Below the pieces are notes generated by a model, which saw nothing but the letters and a program-made list of their open reading frames with translations, was not told the origin of the DNA and did not search any database. The position numbers and the translations under genes are program-made. This document shows positions 49,399-58,530 of a stretch of 64,000 nucleotides of DNA, in pieces; position 1 is the first letter of the stretch, and every line of letters begins with the position of its first letter. The stretch comes from Alphaproteobacteria bacterium (GTDB lineage: Bacteria > Pseudomonadota > Alphaproteobacteria > SMXQ01). The stretch lies in NCBI GenBank assembly GCA_036500145.1, contig DASYCO010000055.1, positions 42,515 to 106,514 of the forward strand, in the 5' to 3' direction.

Positions 49399-51123
49399 CT
49401 AATAAAGCGTGTGAGCGGTCATGGCGAAGTGCTCGACCAGCGGCCCGAGCGAGAGCGCCGGGAAGTAGGTCAGGCCGCCGACGATCAGCACGACGCCGAC
49501 GAGCAGGCCGATGAACAGGCCGCCGTGCGTCGGGAAGGTGCCGGCTGACGGCGGCACCAGCTTCTTGCCGACCAGCGAGCCGGCGACCGCCATCATCGGG
49601 ACGATCATCAGGAAGCGGCCGATCAGCATCGCGAAGCCGAGGGCCGTGTTGTAGAACGGCGTGTTGCCGGTCAGGCCGCCGAAGGCGCTCCCGTTGTTCG
49701 CCGTGGCCGAGGTGAAGGCGTAGAAGATCTCGCTGAAGCCGTGCGGGCCCTGGTTGGCGGGGCCGGCCAGGCCGACGGGCAGCACGGTGGCGAGCGCCGT
49801 GAAGCCGAGGATGGAGAGCGGCAGGATCAGCACGGCGAGCATCGCCATCTTGACCTCCTTCGCCTCGATCTTCTTGCCGAGATATTCCGGCGTGCGGCCG
49901 ACCATGAGGCCGGCGACGAACACGCCGATGATGGCGAACAGCAGCATGCCGTAGAGCCCGGCGCCGACGCCGCCGATGATCACCTCGCCGAGCAGCATGT
50001 TGACCAGCGGCACCGCGCCGCCGAGCGGCATCAGGCTGTCATGCATGGCGATGACCGCGCCGCAGGAGGCATCGGTGGTGACGGTGGCGAACAGGGCGGA
50101 ATTGGCGATGCCGAAGCGGACCTCCTTGCCTTCCATGTTGCCGAGCGAGCCGCCCACTGCATCCGGGGAGACGCCGAGCGAGGCGAAGGCCGGGTTGGCC
50201 GAGGCTTCCGCCCAGTAGGCGATGCTGACGCCGGCCAGGAACAGGAGCCCCATGGCGGCGAATATCGCCCAGCCCTGGCGCTGGTCGCCGACCATGCGGC
50301 CGAAGACGTTGGTGAGGGCCGCGCCGCCCGCGAAGATCAGGACCATCTGCAGCAGATTGCTGAGCGCCGTCGGGTTCTCGTACGGATGCGCCGAGTTGGC
50401 GTTGAAGAAGCCGCCGCCGTTGGTGCCGAACATCTTGATGGCGAGCTGCGAGGCGACGGGGCCCTGGGCGATGGCCTGGTGCGCGCCTTCGAGCGTGGTG
50501 GCGTCGACGTAGCTGCCGAGGTTCTGCGGCACACCCTGCCAGACGAAGAACAGCGTGGCGGCGACGCAGATCGGCAGCAGCACGTAGAGCGTGCCGCGGG
50601 TCAGGTCGACCCAGAAATTGCCGAGGCCCTTTGCTGAACGGCGCGCGAAGCCGCGGATGAGCGCCACGGCGAGCGCGATGCCGACGGCCGCCGAGACGAA
50701 GTTCTGCACCGTCAGGCCGGCCATCTGCACGAGGTAGCTCATCGTGCCTTCGCCGCCGTAGTTCTGCCAGTTGGTGTTGGTGACGAAGCTGGCAGCGGTG
50801 TTGAAGGCGAGGTCGGGCGCGACGACGGACATGCCGGCCGGGTTGAACGGCAGGTCGGCCTGGAAGCGCTGCAGGAGATAGAGCGCGAGGAAGGAGACGA
50901 GGCTGAACAGCAGCATGGAGACGGCGTAGACCGTCCAATGCTGGTCCGTGCGCTCGTCGACGCCGCTCACGCCATAGAGCGCGCGCTCGACGGGGCGGAA
51001 GACGGGCGACAGGAAAGTGCGTTCGCCGGCGAAGACGCGCGTCATGTAGCCGCCGAGCGGCTTCACCAGCAGCGTGACGAGCACGCAGAAGAGGGCGATT
51101 TGCAGCCAGCCGTTCAAGGTCAT
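49399..51123 (-). CDS. kdpA: potassium-transporting ATPase subunit A
   Basis: 574-aa polytopic protein starting [16 protein letters not shown], with KdpA selectivity-filter-like repeats. Confidence 0.9.
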   Translation of the reverse strand: MTLNGWLQIALFCVLVTLLVKPLGGYMTRVFAGERTFLSPVFRPVERALYGVSGVDERTDQHWTVYAVSMLLFSLVSFLALYLLQRFQADLPFNPAGMSVVAPDLAFNTAASFVTNTNWQNYGGEGTMSYLVQMAGLTVQNFVSAAVGIALAVALIRGFARRSAKGLGNFWVDLTRGTLYVLLPICVAATLFFVWQGVPQNLGSYVDATTLEGAHQAIAQGPVASQLAIKMFGTNGGGFFNANSAHPYENPTALSNLLQMVLIFAGGAALTNVFGRMVGDQRQGWAIFAAMGLLFLAGVSIAYWAEASANPAFASLGVSPDAVGGSLGNMEGKEVRFGIANSALFATVTTDASCGAVIAMHDSLMPLGGAVPLVNMLLGEVIIGGVGAGLYGMLLFAIIGVFVAGLMVGRTPEYLGKKIEAKEVKMAMLAVLILPLSILGFTALATVLPVGLAGPANQGPHGFSEIFYAFTSATANNGSAFGGLTGNTPFYNTALGFAMLIGRFLMIVPMMAVAGSLVGKKLVPPSAGTFPTHGGLFIGLLVGVVLIVGGLTYFPALSLGPLVEHFAMTAHTLY

Positions 51124-51134
51124 TGTCCTGCTCC

Positions 51135-51224
51135 TCAGAACCGCTCGGGGCGGATCAGGGCGTAAACGAGATAGATCAGCAGCCCGAGCGTGACGAGGGC
51201 GCCCAGCGCGTAGTCGAAGGTCAT
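51135..51224 (-). CDS. kdpF: KdpF (29-aa single-TM peptide)
   Basis: [29 protein letters not shown] sits immediately upstream of kdpA. Found by hand translation, since it falls below the ORF-track size cut-off. Confidence 0.6.
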   Translation of the reverse strand: MTFDYALGALVTLGLLIYLVYALIRPERF

Positions 51225-51233
51225 GGCTGTCTC

Positions 51234-51315
51234 CTACAGGCGGTCGCAGACGATCACGTAGAGGATGCCGACGGCGAAGAAGGCGACTCCCGACGCGATG
51301 AAGATGATGTCCAGC
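51234..51315 (-). CDS. possible second small single-TM peptide (27 aa) upstream of kdpF
   Basis: [27 protein letters not shown] is the C-terminal part of track ORF 51234..51554, whose upstream Arg-rich portion looks non-coding. It resembles KdpF in size and hydrophobicity. Confidence 0.25.
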
Positions 51316-51652
51316 ATTTCAGTCTCCGGTCCCTGATGGCTTCGGTCGTCACGGTCGACGCCCGTCATCGGCGCAGCCCGCGCCTGCCGACGCGCCGAAG
51401 GGCGGAAGGCGGAACGGGCTTGGCGGCGATGCCGGGCGAAGGACTCCGGTCGGGACGGCGAAACATGCCGCCGCAGGCCCTCAAGGTTCCATGCGGAGTT
51501 GCGCGAGAGCGCGTAAAGCCGGCGTAAAGGCGCGGGCCATCCTTTCCGCCTCATAAAAAAATCGCGTTTCTGTCACGGTTTTGCGCCTTTGGGTTCCATG
51601 GCCCGCTGCCTAGCCTCGTCTGCGTGACCGGCACCATTGGGCGAAACAGGCC

Positions 51653-52963
51653 ATGACGTTTTCGCTTCCGAATCAGCGGCTTGACCGAAGCCTGCGCCGC
51701 GCCTTCCTGGCGGCGCTGCTGGCTTGCCCGCCCCTCGTCGCCGTGGCGGCGCCCGCCGCCGCCCAGATGCAGGCGCCGCTGCCTGGCCAGCCGCAGACTC
51801 TTGGTTACGTGACCCAGGGCGAGGTCGACCGCGTCACCGGCGCCGCCATCGCCACGCCCGACAGTGTCGTCAGCCCCGGCACGCCCGCGCAGGGCTACGA
51901 GCGCGCGGCGCGGAACGGCGACGCGCGCGCCATGTACGAGCTGGCGCAACTCTACGAACGCGGCGACGGCGTGCCGCAGAACGACGCCATCGCGCTTTCC
52001 TGGTACGGCAACGCGGCCGACGCCGGCATCGCCGATGCCGTGCCGAAGGTTGCGGAACTGCGCGACAGGCTGCAGGCGGAGGACCGCCCTGCCCGCCGCG
52101 TCGCATCGGCGCCGCGATCCGCAGCGCCGACGAACGGCACAGCAACGAACAGCGCGCCGCCTGCCGCCGAGCCCAAGCCGCGCGAGACCGCAATGGTGGC
52201 GCCTCCCGCAAGGAAGCCGCCTGCCCCGCCGCCGGCCGTCGTCGCCAAGGCCGCGCCGGCTCCGAGCGCGCTAGTCCCGAGCGTGACGGCCCCGAGCGCG
52301 CCGGCTCCGAGTGCACCGCCCCCGAGTGCGCCGACCTCCGCGCCGGCTGCTGCCGCGACGGTGCCGCCTGCAGCGCCCCAGCCCGCCGCGCAGGATCCAG
52401 CGGCAGATGACGAGATCGCCGATTCGCTGAAGCGCGCCGTCGCCGCGAAGGACGACGCCGAGGCCGCGCGGCAATATGAAGCGGCGGCAGCGCTCGGCAG
52501 CGCCGAGGGCGCCTTCAACCTCGGCTACCGCTTCGCCAACGGCAAGGGCGTGATGCAGAGCGACGACGAGGCCGTGCATTGGTATCGCGTCGCCGCCGAA
52601 CAGGGCTTCGCCGGCGCGCAGAACAACCTCGGCTTCATGTATGCCAGCGGACGCGGCCTGCCGCGCGACGACGGCATGGCCGTCAACTGGTACCGCCAGG
52701 CGGCGGCGCAGGGCTACGCGCCGGCCGAGACCAACCTCGGCATGATGCTGGAGCTAGGGCGCGGCGTGGCGCAGAACGCGCCCGAGGCGCTGTCCTGGTA
52801 TTCGAAGGCCGCCGGCGCCGGCTATGCGCCGGCGCGCACGCGCCTCGCCGACATGTATGCGAGCGGCCGCGGCGTGCCGCGCGACGAGCGCATGGCCGCC
52901 TTCTGGCGCCAGGGCGCCAGCGAATCCGCCAGCAACCTTCCAGCCGGAGGCACCACGCCATGA
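51653..52963 (+). CDS. Sel1-repeat (TPR-like) protein with signal peptide and Ala/Pro-rich linker
   Basis: Repeated Sel1 units (YELAQLYERGDGVPQND..A..WY..AA..G, AQNNLGFMYASGRGLPRDD..AV.WYR.AA.QG, and others). Confidence 0.7.
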   Translation: MTFSLPNQRLDRSLRRAFLAALLACPPLVAVAAPAAAQMQAPLPGQPQTLGYVTQGEVDRVTGAAIATPDSVVSPGTPAQGYERAARNGDARAMYELAQLYERGDGVPQNDAIALSWYGNAADAGIADAVPKVAELRDRLQAEDRPARRVASAPRSAAPTNGTATNSAPPAAEPKPRETAMVAPPARKPPAPPPAVVAKAAPAPSALVPSVTAPSAPAPSAPPPSAPTSAPAAAATVPPAAPQPAAQDPAADDEIADSLKRAVAAKDDAEAARQYEAAAALGSAEGAFNLGYRFANGKGVMQSDDEAVHWYRVAAEQGFAGAQNNLGFMYASGRGLPRDDGMAVNWYRQAAAQGYAPAETNLGMMLELGRGVAQNAPEALSWYSKAAGAGYAPARTRLADMYASGRGVPRDERMAAFWRQGASESASNLPAGGTTP

Positions 52964-53940
52964 CGCGCCGCGCCCATCGCCGCTCCATCGAGCGCCAGGA
53001 GCCCTGGTTCGACGGCGGAAAGCCGCTCGACCCCAACCGCAAGAACGGGCCGCAGGCCGTCCCGCCACAGGTCGCGCAGCCGCAACCTGCGCAGCCGCCG
53101 GCGAGGCCGAGGCAGAACGTCGCGGCGCAGCGGACGGAGACGCCGCTGCCGCAAATGTCTCAGATGCAGGCGGCCCCGCCACATCGGCCTTCGAAGCCAG
53201 AGATACAGCAACCCCAGATGCGCCTGCCCGAAACGCGAGAGGCCGAAACGCGCCCGCCCGAAACGCAAGAGCCCGATGCGCGACCGGCTGAAGACCGGGC
53301 AGCGCCTCCGCGCCGGCCGCAGGCCGAGAGCCCATTCGCGCAAGCCGGCCGCAGCGACGGCGCACGGCGCACGACGCTGTCCTTTCCGCCGCCGCCGCAA
53401 AGGGACTCTCCCTGGCGCAAGATAGAGGTCTCGCCCAAGGCGCGCGCCCGCGCCGAACGCGCGGGCCTGTTCCGCTACGTCGCCAAGTCGGCGCGCGACG
53501 CCCGTGCGGCGGAGGATGCCGCCACGGCCTTTGCGAAAGGGGCTGGCGTGAAAAGGCCGGGCGCGAAGGCGGCAAGCGCGCGGGCGGCGACAGAGAAAGA
53601 GATGCGGAACGACAAGCCGCGCCCGCGCAAGCTCAAGACATCGCCGCCGCCGAGACAGGCCCGCCGGCCCTCCCCCGCCGGCCGCTGGGCGACGACGGCC
53701 GCCATCGTCGGCCTGTCGGCCGCAGCCGTGATCGGCCTGAGCCTGGCCTACCCCTTCGGCGGCGGCCATGGCGGCGCGTCTCCCTTCGCCGCCATTGCTG
53801 GCGGCCCGGCACCATCGCCGCAGGACGGATTCGCCGCCATCGAGGCAGCCCCCGGCAGCGCGCCGCCCTCAACCGCCCGGCCAGCGGCGCAGACAGCCTC
53901 GCGCACGTCCGACGACGCGTTCATCGAAGTCGCGCCGTAA
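52960..53940 (+). CDS. Pro-rich hypothetical protein with C-terminal TM segment
   Basis: Start overlaps the Sel1 stop (ATGA). Low-complexity PQ/PE-rich sequence with a short tandem DNA repeat, then the TM helix WATTAAIVGLSAAAVIGLSLAY. Confidence 0.4.
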   Translation: MTRRAHRRSIERQEPWFDGGKPLDPNRKNGPQAVPPQVAQPQPAQPPARPRQNVAAQRTETPLPQMSQMQAAPPHRPSKPEIQQPQMRLPETREAETRPPETQEPDARPAEDRAAPPRRPQAESPFAQAGRSDGARRTTLSFPPPPQRDSPWRKIEVSPKARARAERAGLFRYVAKSARDARAAEDAATAFAKGAGVKRPGAKAASARAATEKEMRNDKPRPRKLKTSPPPRQARRPSPAGRWATTAAIVGLSAAAVIGLSLAYPFGGGHGGASPFAAIAGGPAPSPQDGFAAIEAAPGSAPPSTARPAAQTASRTSDDAFIEVAP

Positions 53941-54003
53941 GCAAAGCGGCGGCCGGCCGACATGGCCGCCGCCGCTTGCCTGGCCCCGCAGGCGTCGCGA
54001 AGG

Positions 54004-55572
54004 CTAGTTGTTCGCGGTTTTGGCGGACTCCATCTTGGCCATCGCGCTTTCGATCGCCTTGTGGACGCTGAGGGTGTCGGCGGCCTGCCGAGGCGGAAAT
54101 TCCTGCAAGCTCTTGAGGTGCGCCGCGAGGAACGGGCTCGCCGCCGTCGGCGCCCATAATTTATAGGCGACGAATTTTCGCCCGACGTAACCCCACTCCT
54201 CCGACTCGGGATCCATCTTCTCCATTGGGTCCATCAGCAGATTGAAGATGTAAGGCACGCTGGGGTAGTACTTCTCGTTCCACCAGCTGCCCTTCGGCTT
54301 GATGCCGATATGCATCTTCCATGCGTCGATGCGCACCGCCATCAAGTCCGTCTCGTCGTAATAGTAATATTCGCGCCGAGCCGACTTCGGCGACTTGCCC
54401 GTCCAGTGATCGAGGTTGTTGTAGCCGTCGAGATGGACCTTGTAGCTCGTGCCGTTCATCTCGTGGCCCTTGAGCAGCTTCTCCTTGATGTCCGGCAGCC
54501 CGGCCGCGGCGGCGAGCGTCGTGAACAGGTCCTCGTGGCTTTGAATCGCGTTCGACGCCGAATGGGCGGGAATGTGGCCCGGCCAGCGGACCAGCAGCGG
54601 CACCCGCACGCCGCCTTCCCATGTCGTGCCCTTTTCGCCGCGGAACGGCGCATAGCCGCCGTCCGGCCACATCATCAGCTCGTTGCCGTTGTCGGTCGTG
54701 TAGACAACGATGGTGTTGTCGTCGACGCCGAGTTCCTCGAGCTTCTTGAGAAGGGCGCCGACATGCTCGTCATGTTCCAGCATGCGCGCGCGCACGACGT
54801 CCTGCTCCGCGCGGCCTTCGTCGACCGCCATCTGCAGGTATTTATCCGTCGGATGCGACCAGATGTGGATCGCCGTGGTGTTGAACCAGCAGAAGAAGGG
54901 CTTGTCGCCCTTGCCGTTCCGGTCGAGCCAGTCGAGCGTATGGTCGAGCACTTCCTTGTCGAAGGTTTCCATGCGCTTGCGGGTCAGCATGCCGGTGTTC
55001 TCGACCTTCTGCCTGCCGACGCGCCCGAACGTCGGGTCTTCGGCAGGATCGTCCTTGTCCGTCGCCCACGAATGGAGGACGCCGCGCGGCCCGTATTTCT
55101 TCAGATAGGCGGGATTCTTCTGGCCCGGATAGTCGAGCTCTTCCGGCTCCTCCTCGGCGTTCAGGTGGTAGAGGTTGCCGAACCATTCGTCGAAGCCGTG
55201 CATGGTCGGCAGAAATTCGTTGCGGTCGCCGAGATGGTTCTTGCCGAACTGGCCCGTTGCGTAGCCCCGCGACTTGAGAACCTCGGCAAGCGTCGGGTCT
55301 TCCTTTTGGATGCCGCGCGGCGAGCCTGGAATGCCGATCGTCGTCATGCCGGTTCTGATGGGGAGCTGGCCCATGATGAACGCGGCGCGCCCGGCAGTGC
55401 AGCTCGGCTGGCCATAATGGTCGGTGAAGATGATGCCGTCCTGGCCGATGCTGTCGATGTTCGGCGTCTTGCCCATCATGCCGTGGGTGTAGGCGCCGAG
55501 ATTCCACATCCCGATGTCGTCGCCGAAAATTACGAGAATGTTCGGCTTGTCGCTCTTCGGAGCTTTCGCCAT
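54004..55572 (-). CDS. arylsulfatase (sulfatase family, formylglycine-type active site)
   Basis: NILVIFGDDIGMWNLGAY, active-site PSCTAGRAAFIMG (CxAxR), and GKNHLGD. Confidence 0.85.
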   Translation of the reverse strand: MAKAPKSDKPNILVIFGDDIGMWNLGAYTHGMMGKTPNIDSIGQDGIIFTDHYGQPSCTAGRAAFIMGQLPIRTGMTTIGIPGSPRGIQKEDPTLAEVLKSRGYATGQFGKNHLGDRNEFLPTMHGFDEWFGNLYHLNAEEEPEELDYPGQKNPAYLKKYGPRGVLHSWATDKDDPAEDPTFGRVGRQKVENTGMLTRKRMETFDKEVLDHTLDWLDRNGKGDKPFFCWFNTTAIHIWSHPTDKYLQMAVDEGRAEQDVVRARMLEHDEHVGALLKKLEELGVDDNTIVVYTTDNGNELMMWPDGGYAPFRGEKGTTWEGGVRVPLLVRWPGHIPAHSASNAIQSHEDLFTTLAAAAGLPDIKEKLLKGHEMNGTSYKVHLDGYNNLDHWTGKSPKSARREYYYYDETDLMAVRIDAWKMHIGIKPKGSWWNEKYYPSVPYIFNLLMDPMEKMDPESEEWGYVGRKFVAYKLWAPTAASPFLAAHLKSLQEFPPRQAADTLSVHKAIESAMAKMESAKTANN

Positions 55573-55990
55573 GTCTCTGTTCCTTCGGATCAGGGGTTAA
55601 ACATCCGGTCCAGCTTGAACAGCCGGACGCGCGCGTCGAGGCGCCGCTCAGCCAACGGGCCCCGATCTGGCCGTCGGTTCAATTGCACGTACGCCGCTCG
55701 CGACGTCGTCGTCGCACGCACCATGCGCCGCGCCTCCGATGACGGCAAAGGCAACATGGAGGATTCGCGGAACGGCGCGTTGAAAGCCGCCGACTCTGGA
55801 CGATGGGCGCAGGATACGGCCTGCGATTCGACTGGACGCATGGCGAGGGCGGCAGCACGGCGAAAGGCAAAGTACCGAGGCTGCACGCGTGCGGAAACCA
55901 TCGCCTGCCCTTTCAAGACCGGCGGGACGACGCCATGAAGCGCCAGCGTCTCTATCGGGCGACGGTTTGGGAGGACATCGAGGAAGGAAA

Positions 55991-56065
<75 letters not shown>

Positions 56066-56327
56066 AAACCCAGGCAGACCCGCCAAACGGGGTCCGCCGC
56101 GAGGCAATGGCCTCGAAGGGGCCGGGTTGTAGCACGTCCATTGTCGCCTGGAAACCTTCCCGCGCTTTCTGCGGCGCGCGCCGCGCCGCAAATCGCGCGG
56201 CCGGCCGCGGATTCGCCAAGCCTTTGACTTTGCATGGGAATCTTACCGGGGCGGGCTGCCAGCCGACTTGCCGGGCGGGACCGGCCTGGGCTAGGCTCGC
56301 CCTGCGCCGAGGCCAGCCCGGCGCCGC

Positions 56328-56963
56328 ATGTCCCGCGCCACCACTGACCTGAGCCCCGTCGCCGCCATGAACATCCGGCCTTTTTACGTCTATCAGAAAT
56401 CCGTCTTTCCGGCCGACTTCTGCGACAGGGTGATCGCCGAAGGCCAGAAGCTGCCGCACACGGCGACGGGCACCGTCGGCATGTTCGAGGGCGAGCGCGA
56501 AGACACCACGATGCGCAGCACCGAGCTGACCTTCTTCCCGCACGACCAAACCTATGGCTGGCTCTACGACTACGTGCTGCAGTTCATCAACGCCGCCAAC
56601 ACGAAGTACTGGCACTTCAAGCTCTCGTCGGTCGAGCCGCTGCAGTACGGCGTCTACAACCCGGGCCAGTACTACCACTGGCACGTCGACCAGCATCCCT
56701 TCCCCTACAAGGAAGGCGCCAACAAGGGCCTGACGCGCAAGCTCTCCTTCACCATGCAGCTCAGCGACGACAGCGACTACGAAGGCGGCGACCTCGAGCT
56801 GCGCGATCCCGGCGAGGAGAACAAGGTCGTGAAGATCGACGGCACCCGCGCGCGCGGCTCCGTCATCATCTTCCCGTCCTTCGTGCTGCACCGCGTGACG
56901 CCGGTGACCAAGGGCGTGCGCCGCTCGATGGTCGGCTGGATCGTCGGCACGCCCTTCGTCTGA
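56328..56963 (+). CDS. Fe(II)/2-oxoglutarate-dependent oxygenase (PKHD/P4H-like hydroxylase)
   Basis: HWHVDQH (HxD), the distal FVLHRV His, and GGDLEL. A start at MNIRPFY (56367) is possible. Confidence 0.7.
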   Translation: MSRATTDLSPVAAMNIRPFYVYQKSVFPADFCDRVIAEGQKLPHTATGTVGMFEGEREDTTMRSTELTFFPHDQTYGWLYDYVLQFINAANTKYWHFKLSSVEPLQYGVYNPGQYYHWHVDQHPFPYKEGANKGLTRKLSFTMQLSDDSDYEGGDLELRDPGEENKVVKIDGTRARGSVIIFPSFVLHRVTPVTKGVRRSMVGWIVGTPFV

Positions 56964-57059
56964 GCGCAAGCCGCCCATCGAATCTCGGCTTTGCCCGCGA
57001 CGCGTGCGGGGGTCGGCTGGATCGTCGGCACCCCGTTCGTCTGAGCGCGAGCCGCCCAT
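56931..57059 (+). repeat. 48-bp direct repeat (56931..56978 and 57012..57059) duplicating the last 11 codons plus 15 nt of 3' flank of the oxygenase gene, around a 33-bp spacer
   Basis: GTCGGCTGGATCGTCGGCACGCCCTTCGTCTGAGCGCAAGCCGCCCAT versus GTCGGCTGGATCGTCGGCACCCCGTTCGTCTGAGCGCGAGCCGCCCAT. There are three differences, and the two inside the coding part are synonymous (both encode VGWIVGTPFV-stop). Confidence 0.6.
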
Positions 57060-57072
57060 TTTCAGCCGTCTT

Positions 57073-57153
57073 GCTCGGACTTGATCCGAGCATCCAGGGC
57101 AAGCGCTCAAGCTATTGATGGATGGATCCTCGGATCAAGTCCGAGGATGACGA
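57073..57153. repeat. twin-hairpin REP-like repeat element, copy B
   Basis: GCTCGGACTTGATCCGAGC, a 36-nt spacer ATCCAGGGCAAGCGCTCAAGC...GATGGAT, CCTCGGATCAAGTCCGAGG, then ATGACGA. Same organisation as copy A at 41459..41550. Confidence 0.5.
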
Positions 57154-57168
57154 CATGAAGCTTTGGCT

Positions 57169-58530
57169 CTAGGCGTTCGCCGGCTTCGGCAGCTCGTCGG
57201 GCAAGGCTTGGTCCATGGTGAGGGCCACGACGGACGGCGGGCTCGTCCAATCCAGGCTGTCGAACGAATCGCAGGCGCCGCAGACCGCCGACCAGGCCGC
57301 CGTGCGGGCGTTGCAGCTGCGGCAGGTCCAGGCCTCGTCGGGCCGCGCATGGGCCGCATGGTCGAGGGCGCGGCGCGCAGCGCCCTCGTCGTTATGTTCG
57401 AGCTGCTCCAGTTCGGCGAGCAGGCGCCAGGCGCGCGCCGGCGGATCGTTCGCCTCGGCGGTCGCGGCGACGAGCTGGCCGCGCGCCGTGCCCCAGAGCT
57501 TCGCCGCGATGGCGGCGCGCGCCAGCGCGAGCCGGCTTTCGAGATGCGTGGGCGCCAGCTTGACGAGGCGCTCCATGCGGCCGAAGGCCTTGAGCGGATC
57601 GGGCTCGTAGCGCGCCTCGAGATAGAGCCGGGCCAGCTCCGCATGCGGCGCTAGCGGCCAAGCCGCCTCGATGGTCTTCACCGCTTCGCGGCGGGCGCCG
57701 TCGGCGATCAGCAGGCGCACGAGCTGGATGGCGAGCGGCGCGGAATCCGGCAGCAGGCGATAGGCCTTGCGCGCCTGACGCAGGGCGCCCTGCAGGTCGC
57801 CGGCACGCTCCGCCGCCTCGGCTTGCAGATGCGCGAGCAGGGCGGCATGGCGCTGCGCGCGGGCCGGCGCGAAGAGCTGCCGGCGCTCGCCGCGCGTCAC
57901 GACCTCTTCGGCGGTGCGCCAGTCGCCTTCGCGCAGGCTGAGGTCGAACATGGTGGTGAGCAGCCAGGGCGCATCGGGCTTCAGCGCATAGGCGCGGCGC
58001 GCCAGCGCCAGGGCCTGCTGGCGGTCGCCGCCGCGATTGGCCTGGGCGAGCAGGCCGCGCAGGCCGATGAACTCGGTGTCGGGCCGCGCCAGCATGGCGG
58101 TGAAGCTGCGCTCGGCTTCCACCTCGTCGCCCGCGAGCTGGGCTGCCTGCGCCGCCAGCAGCAACGCCAGCGCCGCCTCGTCCTTGCCGGCGAGGTCCTG
58201 CGCGCGCCGCGCGGCGAGGCGCGCCGCCTCCGCGTCGCCGGACGCGACGGCGATCATGCCGCGCGTCAGCTCCGCATGGCCCGCTTCGCGGCGGCGCATC
58301 TGGCGCCAATGGCGCATCCGCTTGGGCGCGCCGAAGATGTAGCTCCAGAAGCGCCACAGCGCGATGAGGAGCGCCACGGCGAGCAGCACGGCGACGACGA
58401 CGAGGCCGACCGGCGCTTCCACATGCCAGCCGAGCCATTCGATGGCGACCAGGCCGGGACGCAGCGCGAACCAGCCGGCGACGGCGACGGCGGCGACGAC
58501 CATCAGCACATAGGCGAGGACGCGGATCAT
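57169..58530 (-). CDS. HemY-like protein (HemY_N membrane domain, TPR region, C-terminal Cys cluster)
   Basis: Two N-terminal TM helices with a WRFWSY-type loop, a TPR-like Ala/Leu-rich body, and C-terminal CRSCNARTAAWSAVCGAC. Its start overlaps the stop of the upstream hemD-hemX-like ORF. Confidence 0.7.
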   Translation of the reverse strand: MIRVLAYVLMVVAAVAVAGWFALRPGLVAIEWLGWHVEAPVGLVVVAVLLAVALLIALWRFWSYIFGAPKRMRHWRQMRRREAGHAELTRGMIAVASGDAEAARLAARRAQDLAGKDEAALALLLAAQAAQLAGDEVEAERSFTAMLARPDTEFIGLRGLLAQANRGGDRQQALALARRAYALKPDAPWLLTTMFDLSLREGDWRTAEEVVTRGERRQLFAPARAQRHAALLAHLQAEAAERAGDLQGALRQARKAYRLLPDSAPLAIQLVRLLIADGARREAVKTIEAAWPLAPHAELARLYLEARYEPDPLKAFGRMERLVKLAPTHLESRLALARAAIAAKLWGTARGQLVAATAEANDPPARAWRLLAELEQLEHNDEGAARRALDHAAHARPDEAWTCRSCNARTAAWSAVCGACDSFDSLDWTSPPSVVALTMDQALPDELPKPANA

